The translations under genes were made by a program, and so were the position numbers. The notes under the pieces are model-generated. The model saw nothing but the letters and a program-made list of their open reading frames with translations. It did not search any database and was not told the DNA's origin. Of a stretch of 64,000 nucleotides of DNA, positions 47,770 through 60,898 are shown piece after piece. Each line of letters opens with the position of its first letter. Position 1 is the first letter of the stretch. Origin of the DNA: Chrysomallon squamiferum (Eukaryota; Animalia; Mollusca); assembly GCA_012295275.1 (NCBI GenBank), contig CM022669.1:8432001-8496000 (forward strand), given 5' to 3'.

Positions 47770-48761
47770 CACAGACACACACATACACACACACACATTA
47801 TAAGTTGCTTTTTTTATTCCTATATATTTCTGATATTAAAAAAAAACAAAAAAAAAAAAAAAAAAAACACGTAATAAAATAATATAAGATTTCATTAAAT
47901 AATAATAATAATAATGATGATGGTGATAATACTGACTACAATGATGATGATGTTACTTCACACTAAGTACTACTACAGATAATAATAATAATAATGTTAC
48001 AGGTATTTACCGGCATGCTGAAATAAATTACCTGCATTTTAGGCAGGATTCTGTTTAATGAAGTAACTTTTAATTACCCGACATCGTACCAGCATTTCTA
48101 CAGATTCTAACTGAAACACACAACTAAAGAAAACTCAACAGAAATTTAATCTTCCTATTTCTTCTTCTCTTTCACTGGTTCCATAATAAGCACCATTTGA
48201 ATACCTCCATAATTCAAAGTTAATTAGTGCTTCATTACAAATCTGTATTTGAAAAATTATTTTTAGTTCCTAATAACATAACAATAATTGAATTGCCTGA
48301 AGTCCTTTTCTTTCCTTTACGCAAACACACAAATATATACACGGACACATGCGCGCACACCCACACACCACCCACACACACCCACACCCAAACACAAGCT
48401 ATATATATATATATGAAAGATCATTGAAAACACCTTTTAAAACGTGTCTATGTTTTTATAAATCATAGATTATATTACTAATCAACATGCATACAAACAT
48501 ACATACAGACAGATACAGACTCATCCAGACATATACACACAGACATACACACATATATGTACAAACACATTCAGATATAACACGCACGAATGGACACATG
48601 CATACACTTACACGTACAGACCCACATAGACACACATATATGCAAAAAATAGATACATACTTATTCACATACATACATTCACATATGCAAAAATAAAACA
48701 GACAGTACTCATACTAACAAATACACACATTATATACACACTCTACTAAATATGAGCACAA

Positions 48762-48800
<39 letters not shown>

Positions 48801-49105
48801 TACAATTACATATAAATACAACACATGCATACATATACCCTCATACAGTTATATAAACACAAACATACACACAGCACACACACAACACACACACACACTT
48901 ACAAACCTCTGTCATTAGTTCGTGCGTTATCAGATCCTTTCTGTCAAATGTAAGTCAAGTTAAAAGATCGATAAACAGGAATGAAAGTTTTCTTTTTGTT
49001 GTTTTTTTCTTCTGTATTTTCTTACTTTTTGATAAATATTAAAGAAAGTTTTTCTTCTTTATTTTTTCTTCTGTTTTTCTTCTTCTTCTTCATATTCTTC
49101 TTCTT

Positions 49106-49136
<31 letters not shown>

Positions 49137-49187
49137 GTATTATTATTATTACGTCCAATTTATAATTTGCTTCTCACTATGCCACTA

Positions 49188-49312
49188 GGATTGGCGAAAT
49201 CATTGTGTAATAGCGCATTTCTTGCCACTAACGAAAGTATAATTTTAATAGCGGGGTCATGACGTGTCAATGATGCGCTATAAATACACCGCTTAACTGA
49301 CACGGGCAGTCT
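49188..49312 (+). promoter_or_regulatory. Candidate Pol II core promoter (inverted CCAAT, CRE-like, TATA, Inr-like)
   Basis: ATTGG 49190, TGACGT 49260, TATAAA 49279, and CAGT with its A at 49308 (29 nt after the TATA start), in CpG-retaining DNA. Motif arrangement only. Confidence 0.3.
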
Positions 49313-51114
49313 ACAAAACATTTACATACTGCCAGCCAATAAGACTGATATAATTTAATTCTGTGCAGACATCTAACTTTATCTCAGTCTATGCATTTTT
49401 GCCTACGTAAAGCCCCGATTCAATTCGGATAGAATCGGATAAGTTCGTTAAACTGACATATCGGGAATTAAAACGTAACAAAAGTATCGAAATTCCAGAC
49501 TGGAACTGCCGTTAAATATAATGTGTCCAATCAGTCTGGGCTAATTTTTTTTTTCATTCTCAAAGAATCAAGAAAGAAAGAAAGAAAGAGAAATTTTAAT
49601 AAATAACTAATTAAATAAATAAGTGGCATGTGTTCACCTTCATCTACATGTGGAATATGATTCTAATAAAGTATTTGCAAACTGCATGTTTTTGCAACAC
49701 AGTAACTCATTTTAATACTAACGATTAATGAGGCAGGAATTTCTTTCTTTTTTTTCTTTTTTATTTCCTTTTTTTTTTTTCCTTTGGCTCTCACTATCAC
49801 GTGCGATCGATTACTAGCAGTAGCAGTAGCAGTAAATAGTAGTAGTAGTAGTATCATCATTGTCAGCTTAATCATCATTGTAGTCATTATCGTCATCATC
49901 ATTGTCATTATTATCGACTGGTTTTAAAGTATTTATTTGCATACTGACAAACGCAACTGATAAACCATTCAGAGCATTATCTGGATCGGGAAACAAGACA
50001 GTGAATATCACGAAGGAAGAAAGAAAGGACTTGTATGAACAATTAAACATTCGAGACAGTCACCACTGCACAGGCGAGCCAAGTGGCGCAAAGCCAGATC
50101 GGGATAAACACGCATCTGATCTAGTAACCGAGACATGACCTTGTTAATGCTGTAATTATTGTTAACAGCATCTTATTTTGATTATCAAGCTGTATCAGCG
50201 ATCTCAGTTTGTGTACATGTTTGTGGTTTTATTGTAGAATTTTACTGCTTTTTGCTTTCTATACAAAAATTTAAGGTGAAAATGTTCTCGGTATGTTTTG
50301 TGTCATAAAAACGAAAAGCAAATTGAAAACATATATATATGAGTTCTAGTGTCTCAGAGTACGTGTGTGTATGTGTGTGCGTGTATGTGTGCGTGTTAAT
50401 GTGTGTGTATGTATGTTTGTCTGTTTGTGTCTGTGTGCATGTGTGTATGTTAGAGTGCGCGCGCGTGTGTGCATGAATATATAATCTATGTGTATTGGAG
50501 TGAGTGTGTACGTGTGTGGGTTAGTGTATGTGTGCATGTGACTGTTTGTGGGTGTGAACGTTTGTGTGTGTTTGTGTCTGTGTGTGTGTGTGTGCATATG
50601 TATATGTTAGTGCGCGTGTGTGCACGTATATACATAATCTAAAACTAAAGATCGATATGATTCTTTTACTCCAAATTTTTATTGAAAATAAACGCATGCC
50701 TGCATTTTATTGTCATGCAGAATAAGCACAAAAAATGTGAAGCCGAGATTACAGACACGTCTGTCTGCTTTTTTAGTACCGTGTACCATATTTAGCAAGG
50801 TGAGAAATCTCGCGCACTGCGAGGTCGTTGACGTTGTTTTTGTATTGGATGTTAATGAAGCAATTGCATGTTGAATTGATTAGCTCGATGCATCGCCTTA
50901 TAATCCGCAACCTTGCGTGAACCGCATGCAATAGGCTGACTGACACTCGCTTTAAAGTCGAAGATGAGAGCGGAGTTTTAAATATTTAAAAACGTAGTAG
51001 TAACGTTATATGTTGTTAACCGTTTTATTCACCGGGTTGAGTACTTTGTGTAGTGTATTACTACTGTCTGTTCTTTTACCAGACTTTGTTATTTTATCGT
51101 ATTTGTTTGTATAA

Positions 51115-51148
<34 letters not shown>

Positions 51149-51225
51149 GTAGTAGTAGTAGTAGTAGTAGTGGTAGTAGTAGTAGGAGGAATAGTAGTAG
51201 TAGTAGTAGTAGTAGCAGTAGTAGC

Positions 51226-51256
<31 letters not shown>

Positions 51257-53080
51257 CTAGTAGTAGCAGCGGTAGTAGTATTGCTATTAACCTTTTATTA
51301 TTATTATTATTATTATTGTTATTATTATTATAACTTTTGATGTTACTCCTGTTATTATTTGTTTAGTTTATTATTATTGTGTTTATTATTAAATTACGGC
51401 TGAAACTGGATTATTTCACAGCACGCAAATGTTACACGCTCGGTGGCACAGCTGTGTGTGTTCGGAGTGAAATGTTCAATCAAAACTCGTCGGTTTTATT
51501 AAATCAGCGAGTGCCTGTGATGAACTGGACAGAACAATTACAACTGATACATGTTGTGTTTGTTTCTGCAGACATGTCTCGCTAATAACAGAGATGACCC
51601 CTGGAGACAAGCTTTCCTAGTAACAAAGCGTGAAACTGATCAACCAACCTTTACTAATAATAAAGTATTGACAAGAACTATAGACCATTTTTTGCTATTA
51701 CCAAGCACGTTAACGGTAACTTAAGCGTTGCTGTCAAATGAATGACTACTGCAGTCCGTTAATTGCTAAGTAACTGGAGATCCATTCTTGGAAATTAGAC
51801 TACTACTAATCTTTACTAATAATAAATATTGGCAACAGTATTGCGAGTATTTGTTAATGATACATTATGGCATCTCAATGCTAGTCTTTGTCGATAATAA
51901 CGTAGGATAAGTATCTAAGTAAGCTTTATGGAAAGTACAGAGACTGCCAATTTCATAGCTGACAAACCTACTCGTGATATGACGTGTAAAATACCCTTGT
52001 AAACAGACATACTACAGTGACAGACAAACTGATTTTGCCAGTAACCTACTAACTAGTGATGACAAGAATGAATAAATCATACTTTACTAATAGCAGACGT
52101 TAATGGTGCTTAAATCGTAAATCGAACGTGTGCAATGAAATTAAAATGGTTCATATATAATTTTATTTACTTTTATTTTAGTTTGTTTAGTTATTGCAGT
52201 TTTCTGATTCTTTCTGACGGATTACGATTAAGTTGATGAGCGACGTACTCAGAGTGCCACTGAATAATTTACATTATAAACAGCAGATATAATCTTGTAA
52301 TTAATTACACAGCAGCAGCAGAAGATACAAATACAAGGATTAATAGCACACTGGACTGAGTAGATCCCAGGAGACAGCGGTCTAACAACAGTGATTATCC
52401 ATTTAACATTGGTACCTGGATGTTCTGGTCTGATATTTTAAACGCTTCATTTTAAATAATAAAATTAACTGTCCACTCTGAGTGATTTTAACAGATAATT
52501 ACAGGTTTATTCGTCAAGCCATTGCTATTTAAAAACATAACAGACTGGTCGAGTTAAGTGAAAACTGACGGCCATTGTCCAGCAGGACTGAAACACTTCT
52601 CCAGATCACACGGCGCATGCTCAGTCCAAGTTAGATTAGTCTGACTGTGTTCGTGTGTTTCTTTACTTCTTTTTGTGCTTGGAATGGCCCGGATGTTGCT
52701 CTGGGACAGCGTTGTGTTATGTAGCAGCTTTCTGATTAACCAGCGTGACATTTCACATATATATATGTGTGTATCTGTCGTTTCACGAATAGTACGTCGT
52801 GCATGTCAATGTGGTTGTCTCAGTACACTCGGCTTGTGGATTACATCATCCGTCTGCTGTTGAAGTGAGACAATGAATTCAGAATAAAGATGAACGTCTG
52901 AACAATTGATCTCTGTCAGCAGTTGTCCTGGATGAAAAAAAAAATAATAATAATAATATATATATATATTATTATTTTTATATATATATATATATATAAA
53001 ACAAATAAAAATAATAATAATAATAAAAAATAATAATAATAAAATAAAATAAAAAATTAATTACAATAAAATATATAAAA

Positions 53081-53119
<39 letters not shown>

Positions 53120-54269
53120 AAACAAAATTTATTGCTTGAAAAATGTAACGATGTAACAGTATGTGTACATGCACATACAAACAACGCTGATAGTAACCTA
53201 ATATTAAGCAGCGATTAATAATTTGCAACATACATAATTACATGCCTAATTATAAACAAATGGTGTTGCTAAAAATGTAAAAGTATTTGTTGTGGGTTTT
53301 TTGGCATTTTTTTACTGTAAATTTGTAGAGTTAGACACACGTAAATTTATAGTTTGGAACTGTGAGTACTGTAAATACAACATAACTGAGAAAAAGTGAT
53401 AATCGTCTTCACTTAAACTGCTGTGGTCACATTGACTGTTTTCTACTGGTCTATCAAACAGTACGGCACACAGTCTGGGTTTTTAATTTATGCTTCCTTA
53501 GATCTGTTCGGTGATACGACAGCGATACGAATCAAGAACAAAGTATCCATTGCCTGATCAACAGCAAACCCTGTAAAAGTAAATAATAAAATAAAAAATA
53601 ACATATTAACTGACGTTAGTTTCAATCTTCATCTCTGCTCTGGATCGACGCTGAAGCATTTCAAATTGTGTATTTCTCGCAGAACGTTCTTGTCACACAC
53701 GTTACTCTCAGCAAGGACGATCCAACATGCAGCACCGTTTAATGGTTTCATCTGTTCTGAATACATGTAGCATAGTTGAATGTTTAGCTTGTGTACATTC
53801 TCATCTTGTTATTAGATACTCTCGTTTGGCTAGAACTGAGAAAACTTTCTTTAAGATGTTCGTATTACTGTAAGCTTGGTACTGATATCAGGAAAGAATG
53901 CGTGTGCCGTGCAATCATCTGAGAATTAACGACACTGAGGGATGTTGTCGTAGTGAGGGATGTTGTCGTAGTGAGGGAGTGGCTGGCAGGAAGATATCAG
54001 TGTGTGTGTACGTAAACTTGGGGATTATTGTATACAGCGTACGTAAGTCACCGACAACTATCAATAATCTCGCTTATCTCTCGATATTTAACAAACAAAC
54101 AAAAACAAGAGATATTAGAACTGAACTCTGTGGGTGAACCCGTACATCATAATTCATGTATGATTGTTATCGTCTTTTTTTTTTTTTTTCTCAACATTTT
54201 TTTTTTTTTTTTTATCTTCTCTTAAATCCCTTGTTTATATCTCTTCACGAAAAAAAAGAATTTATTGTT

Positions 54270-54300
<31 letters not shown>

Positions 54301-55019
54301 AAACAAAATTCCCTGGATGATTTTTTTTTCCAAGGTTCTATTGTTTACTGGCTTGTCTGAAACGCACAATGACATACGTATGTCGGAGTTACTGTGGTAT
54401 ATTAACGTAATTGATTTCCGCGGGATGGCGACAAGCCTAGGACGCAGGGAATACATTATTAATGTCGGAGTGAAGCAACAGGGATTTCACGTTGGTGCAG
54501 TGGGACAAGGAACTGACGTCCAGCATATTAAATTAATTTTCTTAAAGTGGCACGGAACGTACGATTAATTAATCTCACTTACGGCGAATCGGTCAGTCGT
54601 TGTACTTGTACTTTTTTCCACCTTTTTTTTTTTTTTTTACCCCGCTTTCTCTTGTTTTGTTTGGTAAGCTGGGTTAGGGATTATGGGATTTTCAAATATT
54701 TATGTCCTTTTTATTGCTTTGATGCGTCTTTGTTTACTATGGAGAATAAAATGTGTTGTATTCGGGTTTATTCGGGTGAAAGCAACAAAGAGGGGGAAAA
54801 AAATGTGTTTATATATATTCCACATTGTATTTGTTTTGTTTCCTTTGTTTGTTTGTTTTTAATGATGTTTCTTAATGATATACAGTTACTATTTTTAAAA
54901 TTTAGTCCACTCAGCTATACTAAAAGGGATTTATTTTGCATACATGTTGTGAAAACTACATACCAAAGTATTTGATTCCAGAAATCATGAAGCATATTTT
55001 CGAACGTAAACAAAAAAAA

Positions 55020-55200
55020 CAAAGGCAGGATGATTTTAGTGGCATCACATTTATTTTACACACACCTTCTCGTAGGTATATATATATATAATTTTTTTTT
55101 TTTTTAAATCACATTTCACAGGAATTTATTGAAACAGTTCTGGAGTAGTGGTTTGGAACGAGAAATAAGCTAAAGGGACAGGATTAAAACCTACGTGATT
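55020..55200 (-). mobile_element. SINE fragment
   Basis: CAGTTCTGGAGTAGTGGTTTGGAACGAGAAATA matches the block in the 15630 and 12520 copies. Confidence 0.45.
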
Positions 55201-56384
55201 TATGGGAAGAGCTGATGCTGAGTGCTTTGTTACAGAGTCGAGATGCAGGAGTCATAAATCCAGCGTGAGAGCGATATGAAATATATTATGACAAAGTCTA
55301 TTTTCATAGTCCTATCTGTTTGCCCAGACAAGACATCGGCGCACCGACTAACTCACATAACAGCCTGCAGGACAGCAGACTAATTGATTTCAACCTTACC
55401 TTTGATGAAAGGAAGATAAATAGCTGTTTTAGCAGCAAAAGGTGTTAAGGTACTTACTGTTGACAGATGGTCTCCCGTCTTAGATTGCCATCATAAAGGA
55501 GATGAAGATGATGGCTTGTGCAGTCAACCACGCTCTTTACAGATGTAAAACAAATGGCCGATATTTTTCTCGCCTCTCCCATTATGTTGTGATAAACCGG
55601 TGTACCGCTTGAAAAAATAACATCTACCTTGCCTTGGAGCTGTTCCACACTTCGCAGCAGGAAAAATCTAGAGTTTCAGCGGCTTTTCTGCACAGTTTAT
55701 TATTATTATATTCTGGTTATCGCGATAAAAGAGAAAACTGCATCACTTGCAGACATTTTTATCTTTGGAGACGTAGACTTAGCGTTAATTCTTAAGTATT
55801 GCTCGAGGGCTGTTGGCTAGATGTGACAATTTTCAGACTTGATTAAAATCACTAATATCGTTAGTGTCAGTGTTTGCATCGAGTATCTCAGCTGTAGGAA
55901 GCTGAACAGACGAAAGTAGTGACGTTAATAGAAATAGGTATGCACTGGTTACATCCTTACAATGATCATCATCTCGATGCGATCATTGAAAGAGTTATCA
56001 TTATGATGGTAATCGTTAGAATGTTCATCATCATAATGCAATCATTAAGAAATCTGTCATGATGATGATCGTGATGACATTAGTAATCACTAGAATGTTG
56101 ATCATGATGACAAAGATAAAAAAAAAAAAAAAAATTGTTGATGAGAATATAATTTAATAAATAGTTAAAAAAATGAAATATAAATAATTAATTTCAAAAT
56201 ATTCAGAGTGCTATGGAAGATGATGTTACCTCTGGGAACTATTCAGATCACTGGACAAAACAGACACAGTTACTGTTACTGGAAATTATTAATTATTTAA
56301 TCTCTTCAAATTTTGGTATTAAAACAGTTAGCCCAGAGCACTGATTTATGTTGTCTTAATCCTACTCAACATAAACTATAACAA

Positions 56385-56515
56385 ATTTGTTTATCAAAAT
56401 GTAGTGGTATGTGCTGTTCTGTTTGTGTTGTAGACTTCTTGCTACAAACTATTTCAGCAGCAACCCGAGTACAAAAACTGAGTTTTCCTTGTTCTTATTC
56501 AGCAGGTTTTCCATT
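56385..56515 (+). mobile_element. SINE core fragment
   Basis: TATCAAAATGTAGTGGTATGTGCTGTTCTGTTTGTG...CTTCTTGCTAC...CAGCAGGTTTTCC. Confidence 0.5.
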
Positions 56516-56978
56516 TTACAACATCTGGACAGATCAAACAAATACACATCCTAAGATTTGATTTACTGAATGACATATCCCATTAGTTGTAGGTGGTATT
56601 TTAAAAACTATCTTGCGCGATCGGTGAAGCGAAATATTTCAAAGGTCTCTAAAAAAATAGTAATACAGGTTCTATATATAATTTACAAATGTTGTCTGGC
56701 TACAGAAAAGCTGATTACTTGAAGTTGTGGCCGTAAGAACAAAAATAACTCAACCCTAATTAGCTAGAGAGTTACAGAGAAAATGCTTGAAGCAGCGCAA
56801 GAATATTCTCTTAACTGTTTAATATATACGATGTTTAGGCCTAGCAGAGATACTGAAAAGTTGAAATAAAAATAATTCAATTTTGTTTTGGGTTGTGTGT
56901 TTTGGTTAAAGTTTTTAATTCTAATTAAATGACGATGATGATGAAGATGATGATAATAATAAAAGGTCTTCGTGTGTG

Positions 56979-57017
<39 letters not shown>

Positions 57018-57229
57018 TAAAAGAAAAATAATATTACAAATAGGAATAAAATAAAGTAAAAATATTTTTAAAATTAAAAAGTAATCAATGATAAATAGGG
57101 GAAAAAAATTATAATTTATAAAACTTTTTTTGAGAAAACACGCTTTTGACTATTACAATTTTCCCACTTAATTATTAATAATAAGGAATGTTAATGGACA
57201 TAAAAATGAAAAATGTATTAATTTTACTG

Positions 57230-57262
<33 letters not shown>

Positions 57263-57713
57263 AAAACAAAAAAGATGCAATATTATAAAAAAAATAGGAA
57301 TCCATTGTCATCAACAAATTAATTTAGTAAATTATGTTAGCGTTTATGCTCCGGTGCTCTTCATAAAATGAAGGGAAATAACTGAAAGATAAATATTTGA
57401 CAGGAATGTTAACACGTTTGGATGTAAAAAAATAAAAAAAAAAATAAAAAATAAAACAAAATCAAATTAAATTTAAAAAAATTTAAAAAAAGAGAAAAAT
57501 AAACAAATAAAAATAATTTTTAAAAAGGTTAAGAATTAAATAAATAAACAAATGAAAAATAAACAAATAATATTAATAAAATAAAAATTAAAGACCCATA
57601 AATGTCAATAAACTTCCATTACGGAATAAGAACCGTGAGCTATTTGATAATTTACCGTAGATTTCTTTTTTGGGGGTAAGTTTTGTTTTTGTATATTTGC
57701 TGTCAAAAAAAAA

Positions 57714-57744
<31 letters not shown>

Positions 57745-58321
57745 GGAAAAACAAATTGAAATTAAAGAACAACAGAAAAATGGAAGACATCGAGGGTGTG
57801 AAATATTTTATACTTAACGCTTCATTTGTTTTACATTTTACTATTTGTCTTGGCAACTGCGGACGAGAACTACAAACACGTGATTAATATTTCACATTAT
57901 TGTGTTATTACAGGCCGAGCACAGAGGATTGCGGGTATTAACGCCGGTCCCTTCACGTACAGCATGAATTAATAAGTCACTCCTCATAAAGTGCCTTCCA
58001 TAAATATTTAAAACTCTTACTCTCTAAGTAAATTAGCTGCTATGTCGACTGACGAGCTTCTTGCCGGCGTAGGTTGAAAACTTCAGGCTCCGCTTTTGGT
58101 TTTATACTAAATGTCTCTCTCTCTGTGTGTTGGTACTGCTATTCTGCTGCCGGGTAATTCGGTGTTACTGGTCGAATATTTTAATTAGAAATCTTCCTGC
58201 GCCGTTTTCCTCTTTCAGTGTCCTAGCAAAGTGTGTAATATGTTAGTTTAATTTAATTTAGTTTTTTTAATTCCATAACAAAAGAAAATTTGTATTTGTT
58301 TCAGATGAACAGATTTTATTT

Positions 58322-58359
<38 letters not shown>

Positions 58360-58372
58360 ATAGCCAAACTAA

Positions 58373-58451
<79 letters not shown>

Positions 58452-60839
58452 ATGACCAAACATCGGATAAACCAACGACAAATACTAAACAAACTGCTTG
58501 AATGAAATCTCAGAGCTGATCTAAAAGCCAGCAACCCTTTAGTTATCGGTATCATTGACACTTTGCCGCTTATAAGCTGGAAACAAAAACTATTTACAGT
58601 TTCTATCTGCATCCACTGGTGAACAAAATTAGCGCTCACCGATTAAACGGAGTGAGTACTCACTGACTTATTCGGATTATCCTCGTATTGACATTATATC
58701 CGCAGTCAATGTTGGCGCGACGCAAATATTTTATCCACTCAAAAAAAGTCAACATGCCTCGCTAAGGCCTTTTTTTTTTTTAATGGAAAAAAAGAAAATG
58801 AAAAAAAAAAAGCACACAGCCGCAAACGCTTGAAATTGTATCACCAGTGATGTCGTCAAACGAACTTAATTGCTAACTCATGTACCCGATTATTGTCAAA
58901 TTTGACATATCAGATTACAATAATTCAATTAATTACTGATCCCGCGCGCTGGATTAGTCTCTGCAACGTAAATTGAAGAAACCAAAAAAGAAAAAGTATC
59001 ATAAATGACATCACGTGACCCGTCCGGGACAATGGCGGAATTTGCGCGCATGATTGCCATGCGATAAAGGGGCTAGGAAACATTATTGACTTGGCCATTA
59101 CAAATATTGCACCGTCAATAATTCAGATCATGAGAAGGTGGCGTTCGATGGTCAATAAACACTTTGTGGTGGGGACCGGCATAAAGAGACGGATCTGGAG
59201 CTCTCGCGTCTTCCATAACGCTTCTCAAAAAAAAAAGTGGAAGCGGACCACAATTAGGATAACGTCAATGCAAACATGCACTGGCGTTATGGCTTAATGT
59301 AACAGCGATTACATAAATTTTCACTTGTGATAGCCGGGCCGGGTCGGCTGTGGGGAATAAAGACCGATGTTTAGATGACGATGGTGATGAAGATTACCAG
59401 ACTTTGCTTCAAACAGACGCCAAATTTAGACACCGCGATCAATTCAGCTGATGTCATTAATGGAAATGGAAAAATTGTAATTACAGATATTACCCGTCAA
59501 TATCAGACCATCAATTGATTAACAGAAAAAAATAATATATATATTAATAAATGATAATGATAAATTACCTCATAACACCATGTCAGGTCCATCCATGTGT
59601 CTGTCAGTTCGTACTGTTCATTTGACTGTTCATCATAACATAGACAGTGATGTACTGACTTCTTGATGGACTGTTTTTAACACACATATACATATACACA
59701 TACACACACACGCACAACATGTAGTAACATAAACATGAACGTTTATTATTGTTGTTGCATTAAAAGACAAAATATTTTTAGATATATCAATACTTAATTG
59801 TTCATAATAATACGTTAAAAATATCAAAAATAAATAAATAAATAAATAAACGAATTTTGAAAAAGCAGAAGAAATAAAAACAAATAGATATTTATATATG
59901 AATCAGTCTCTGTAATTGTTTTTATTAAATAATGCATCCAAAACAAATAACATTTTACACGTTTAGAAGAATTTGTTTCGATATCGAAAATCTGTACACC
60001 TTTTTTGTCCATTTCTTCAAACACAAATCAAAGATTTTTCTTTTATGGTATGAGAGACCAATATTAGTTAAATTTATTATCATTATTATTCTCATCGAAG
60101 CGGAAAAAGGATTTTCATTTCCTATTTTAAAATCTTTGCTTCTTTCTCTTTATTTTTTTGTCGATTCTTTTTTTTTTTTTTTTTCTTCATATTCTTTTTA
60201 TTTTTCTTCTTCTTTTTTTTTTTTTTAACCAGGTTTTTATCAGTTATTATTTTATCCCCATTTTCTTTATTATGTTTACTTCAGTTATATTATCAATTTT
60301 TCCAGTAGTGTGCAGTCCTTTTCGAGATCCAAGAGATCGTCAGACTGTGAAAAGATCTTACGAACAAAGTGTCAATTATTTCTAAATAATTCATCGAAGA
60401 CTTGCAATCAGATTAATAAAAACGTGAAAAGAAAGCGACATATTCGTTATTTTCTCCTGTAGATGGGGCGGCTTTCTGACAATGATTCACGGGGCTAATG
60501 TATATTTATAAAAATAATAATTTATGTGGCTTTATTAGCGCCAGCGTTGACGTTATAAATAACGAAAAGCCAATACTTTTAAAAATGAATAAAATTAAAT
60601 AATGATTTTTTTAAAAAAAAAGTCAACGAAAATAAATTGTACAATAAATGAATAACTAAATAATAACAGTAACAATAAACAATATAAATAATCATAATAA
60701 TAGTAATATTAATATAATAAATTCAGTAAAAGAATATATAAATAAGTAATTAGAAACAAATATATAAAATACTAACAAAAAAAAAAAAAAAAAAAAAGTA
60801 GAATAAATAAAGTATTATAATAATAAAGTCAATCAGTAA

Positions 60840-60898
60840 GTAAGGATCGATCCTCTGATCTGCATCACACCAAGCTAATGCATTTCTTACTCAGAGAC
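60840..60898 (-). mobile_element. SINE tRNA-like head fragment
   Basis: GGATCGATCC (B-box-like) followed by a degenerate reverse-complemented A-box region. Confidence 0.35.

Noticed and set aside
48175-48210. miR-29-like sequence AGCACCATTTGAA
   Set aside because: Only 13 nt match and there is no complementary arm to form a precursor hairpin.
49902-50138. 78-aa complex-sequence ORF
   Set aside because: Non-ATG start, no recognisable domain and no convincing splice sites.
53936-53978. 18-bp tandem duplication TGAGGGATGTTGTCGTAG inside a short ORF
   Set aside because: Ordinary local slippage; the ORF has no supporting features.
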